From Patescibacteria group bacterium (lineage in GTDB: Bacteria; Patescibacteriota; Minisyncoccia; UBA6257; HR35): a stretch of DNA of 6,114 nt. Positions within the stretch are counted from its first letter, which is position 1. Every line of letters starts with the position of its first letter. The stretch lies in contig JAMCWY010000004.1 in the NCBI GenBank assembly GCA_023480925.1, positions 1-6,114 of the forward strand. Reading direction: 5' to 3'. The position numbers and the translations under genes are program-made. Under the pieces are notes generated by a model. It was given only the letters and a program-made list of their open reading frames with translations. It had not been told where the DNA came from and did no database searches. Shown here piece by piece: positions 5,669 to 6,114 of the stretch.

Positions 5669-5690
5669 TTCCACGATTTTGTTTTATAAT
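5661..5690 (+). promoter_or_regulatory. candidate sigma70-type promoter for tRNA-Thr
   Basis: TTGCGA (5661-5666) is separated by an 18-nt spacer from a perfect TATAAT (5685-5690). The mature tRNA 5' end at 5720 lies 30 nt downstream. Confidence 0.5.
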
Positions 5691-5719
5691 AATTTAATTA
5701 ATCAATCCGCAACTAAAAA

Positions 5720-5792
5720 GCCAGCATAGCTCAGCCGGTAGAGCAACTCTTTCGTAAAGAGGAGATCGTGGGTTCGAATCCCTCTGCTGGCT
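5720..5792 (+). tRNA. tRNA-Thr (anticodon CGU)
   Basis: A hand-folded 73-nt cloverleaf. The acceptor stem GCCAGCA/TGCTGGC is perfect. The D arm is GCTC-AGCCGGTA-GAGC. The anticodon arm is ACTCT-TTCGTAA-AGAGG with U33 and A37, giving anticodon CGT. The variable loop is AGATC and the T arm is GTGGG-TTCGAAT-CCCTC. The discriminator is U and no CCA is encoded. The overall pattern resembles bacterial tRNA-Thr. Confidence 0.88.
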
Positions 5793-5822
5793 CAGACAAA
5801 AAGGTTAAATTGTTTTAATTAG

Positions 5823-6114
5823 ATGAAACAAAAAGTTTTAAAAATTATCAAAAGTAAAAATTTTTTAATCAGCCTTGGCCTTAGTTTTTTCCTTTTTCTC
5901 TTAATCAATATCATCGTCGCCGCGCCGAAAAAGAAAACCATCAGCTTTCTCCAGGCCCAAGCAACAAATCAAAATCAACTCGATCAGTTCGAGTCAACCC
6001 TAAAGAAATACTCGCCCCAGACATACAGCTATCTTGAAACTCAATCGGAGCAAATTCTTAAAACCGACCTTCAAGGCAATTTGACCGATCTCAACACCAA
6101 GGCGAACGAAATTG
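5823..6114 (+). CDS. hypothetical signal-anchored or secreted protein, N-terminal fragment (runs off the right edge)
   Basis: The ATG at 5823 immediately follows an in-frame TAG. The frame then stays open for 97 codons to the window end. It starts MKQKVLKIIKSKNFLISLGLSFFLFLLINIIVAAPKKK, a positively charged n-region plus a hydrophobic span. A Q/N/T-rich polar region follows. There is no clear SD and the ORF is not in the supplied track because it lacks a stop. Confidence 0.5.
   Translation, partial: MKQKVLKIIKSKNFLISLGLSFFLFLLINIIVAAPKKKTISFLQAQATNQNQLDQFESTLKKYSPQTYSYLETQSEQILKTDLQGNLTDLNTKANEI

Noticed and set aside
1-6114. The window was checked for an alternative genetic code (UGA recoding), CRISPR arrays, transposases or integrases, and defence or toxin-antitoxin modules.
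   Set aside because: rpsF and leuS end at TGA exactly where homologues end, so UGA is a stop. No direct-repeat/spacer periodicity is present. No ORF has recombinase, nuclease-defence or TA hallmarks apart from the housekeeping-type YraN-family protein.

Overview
This is a gene-dense, AT-leaning bacterial window that consists mostly of housekeeping genes. On the minus strand it holds the 5' end of ssb (cut by the left edge) and rpsF. These are followed by a plus-strand gene for a Tat-signal/lipobox protein with a C-terminal hydrophobic hairpin, a convergent minus-strand 2-TM protein of unknown function, and a 535-556 nt spacer with no credible ORF. Downstream comes a tightly overlapping plus-strand chain: leuS, a YraN/UPF0102-family nuclease-like protein and an FtsB/DivIC-like protein. 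The window ends with tRNA-Thr(CGU) and the start of a signal-anchored protein that runs off the right edge. TGA and TAG both act as stops, so the standard bacterial code applies. Small proteins, overlapping genes and the 2-TM protein architecture suggest a Patescibacteria/CPR-like genome, but this is inference only. I see no transposase, integrase, CRISPR array, toxin-antitoxin pair or recognisable defence gene. The only good candidate for something undescribed is the long spacer between the 2-TM gene and leuS. It contains a 143-nt element closed by a perfect 13-bp inverted repeat around a 72% GC core that folds into two hairpins. It also contains a C-rich/G-poor, ORF-free segment on the plus strand (G-rich on the minus strand). 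Whether these are an ncRNA, a long regulatory leader, a MITE/REP-like element or decayed coding sequence cannot be decided from this window. The rest looks ordinary.
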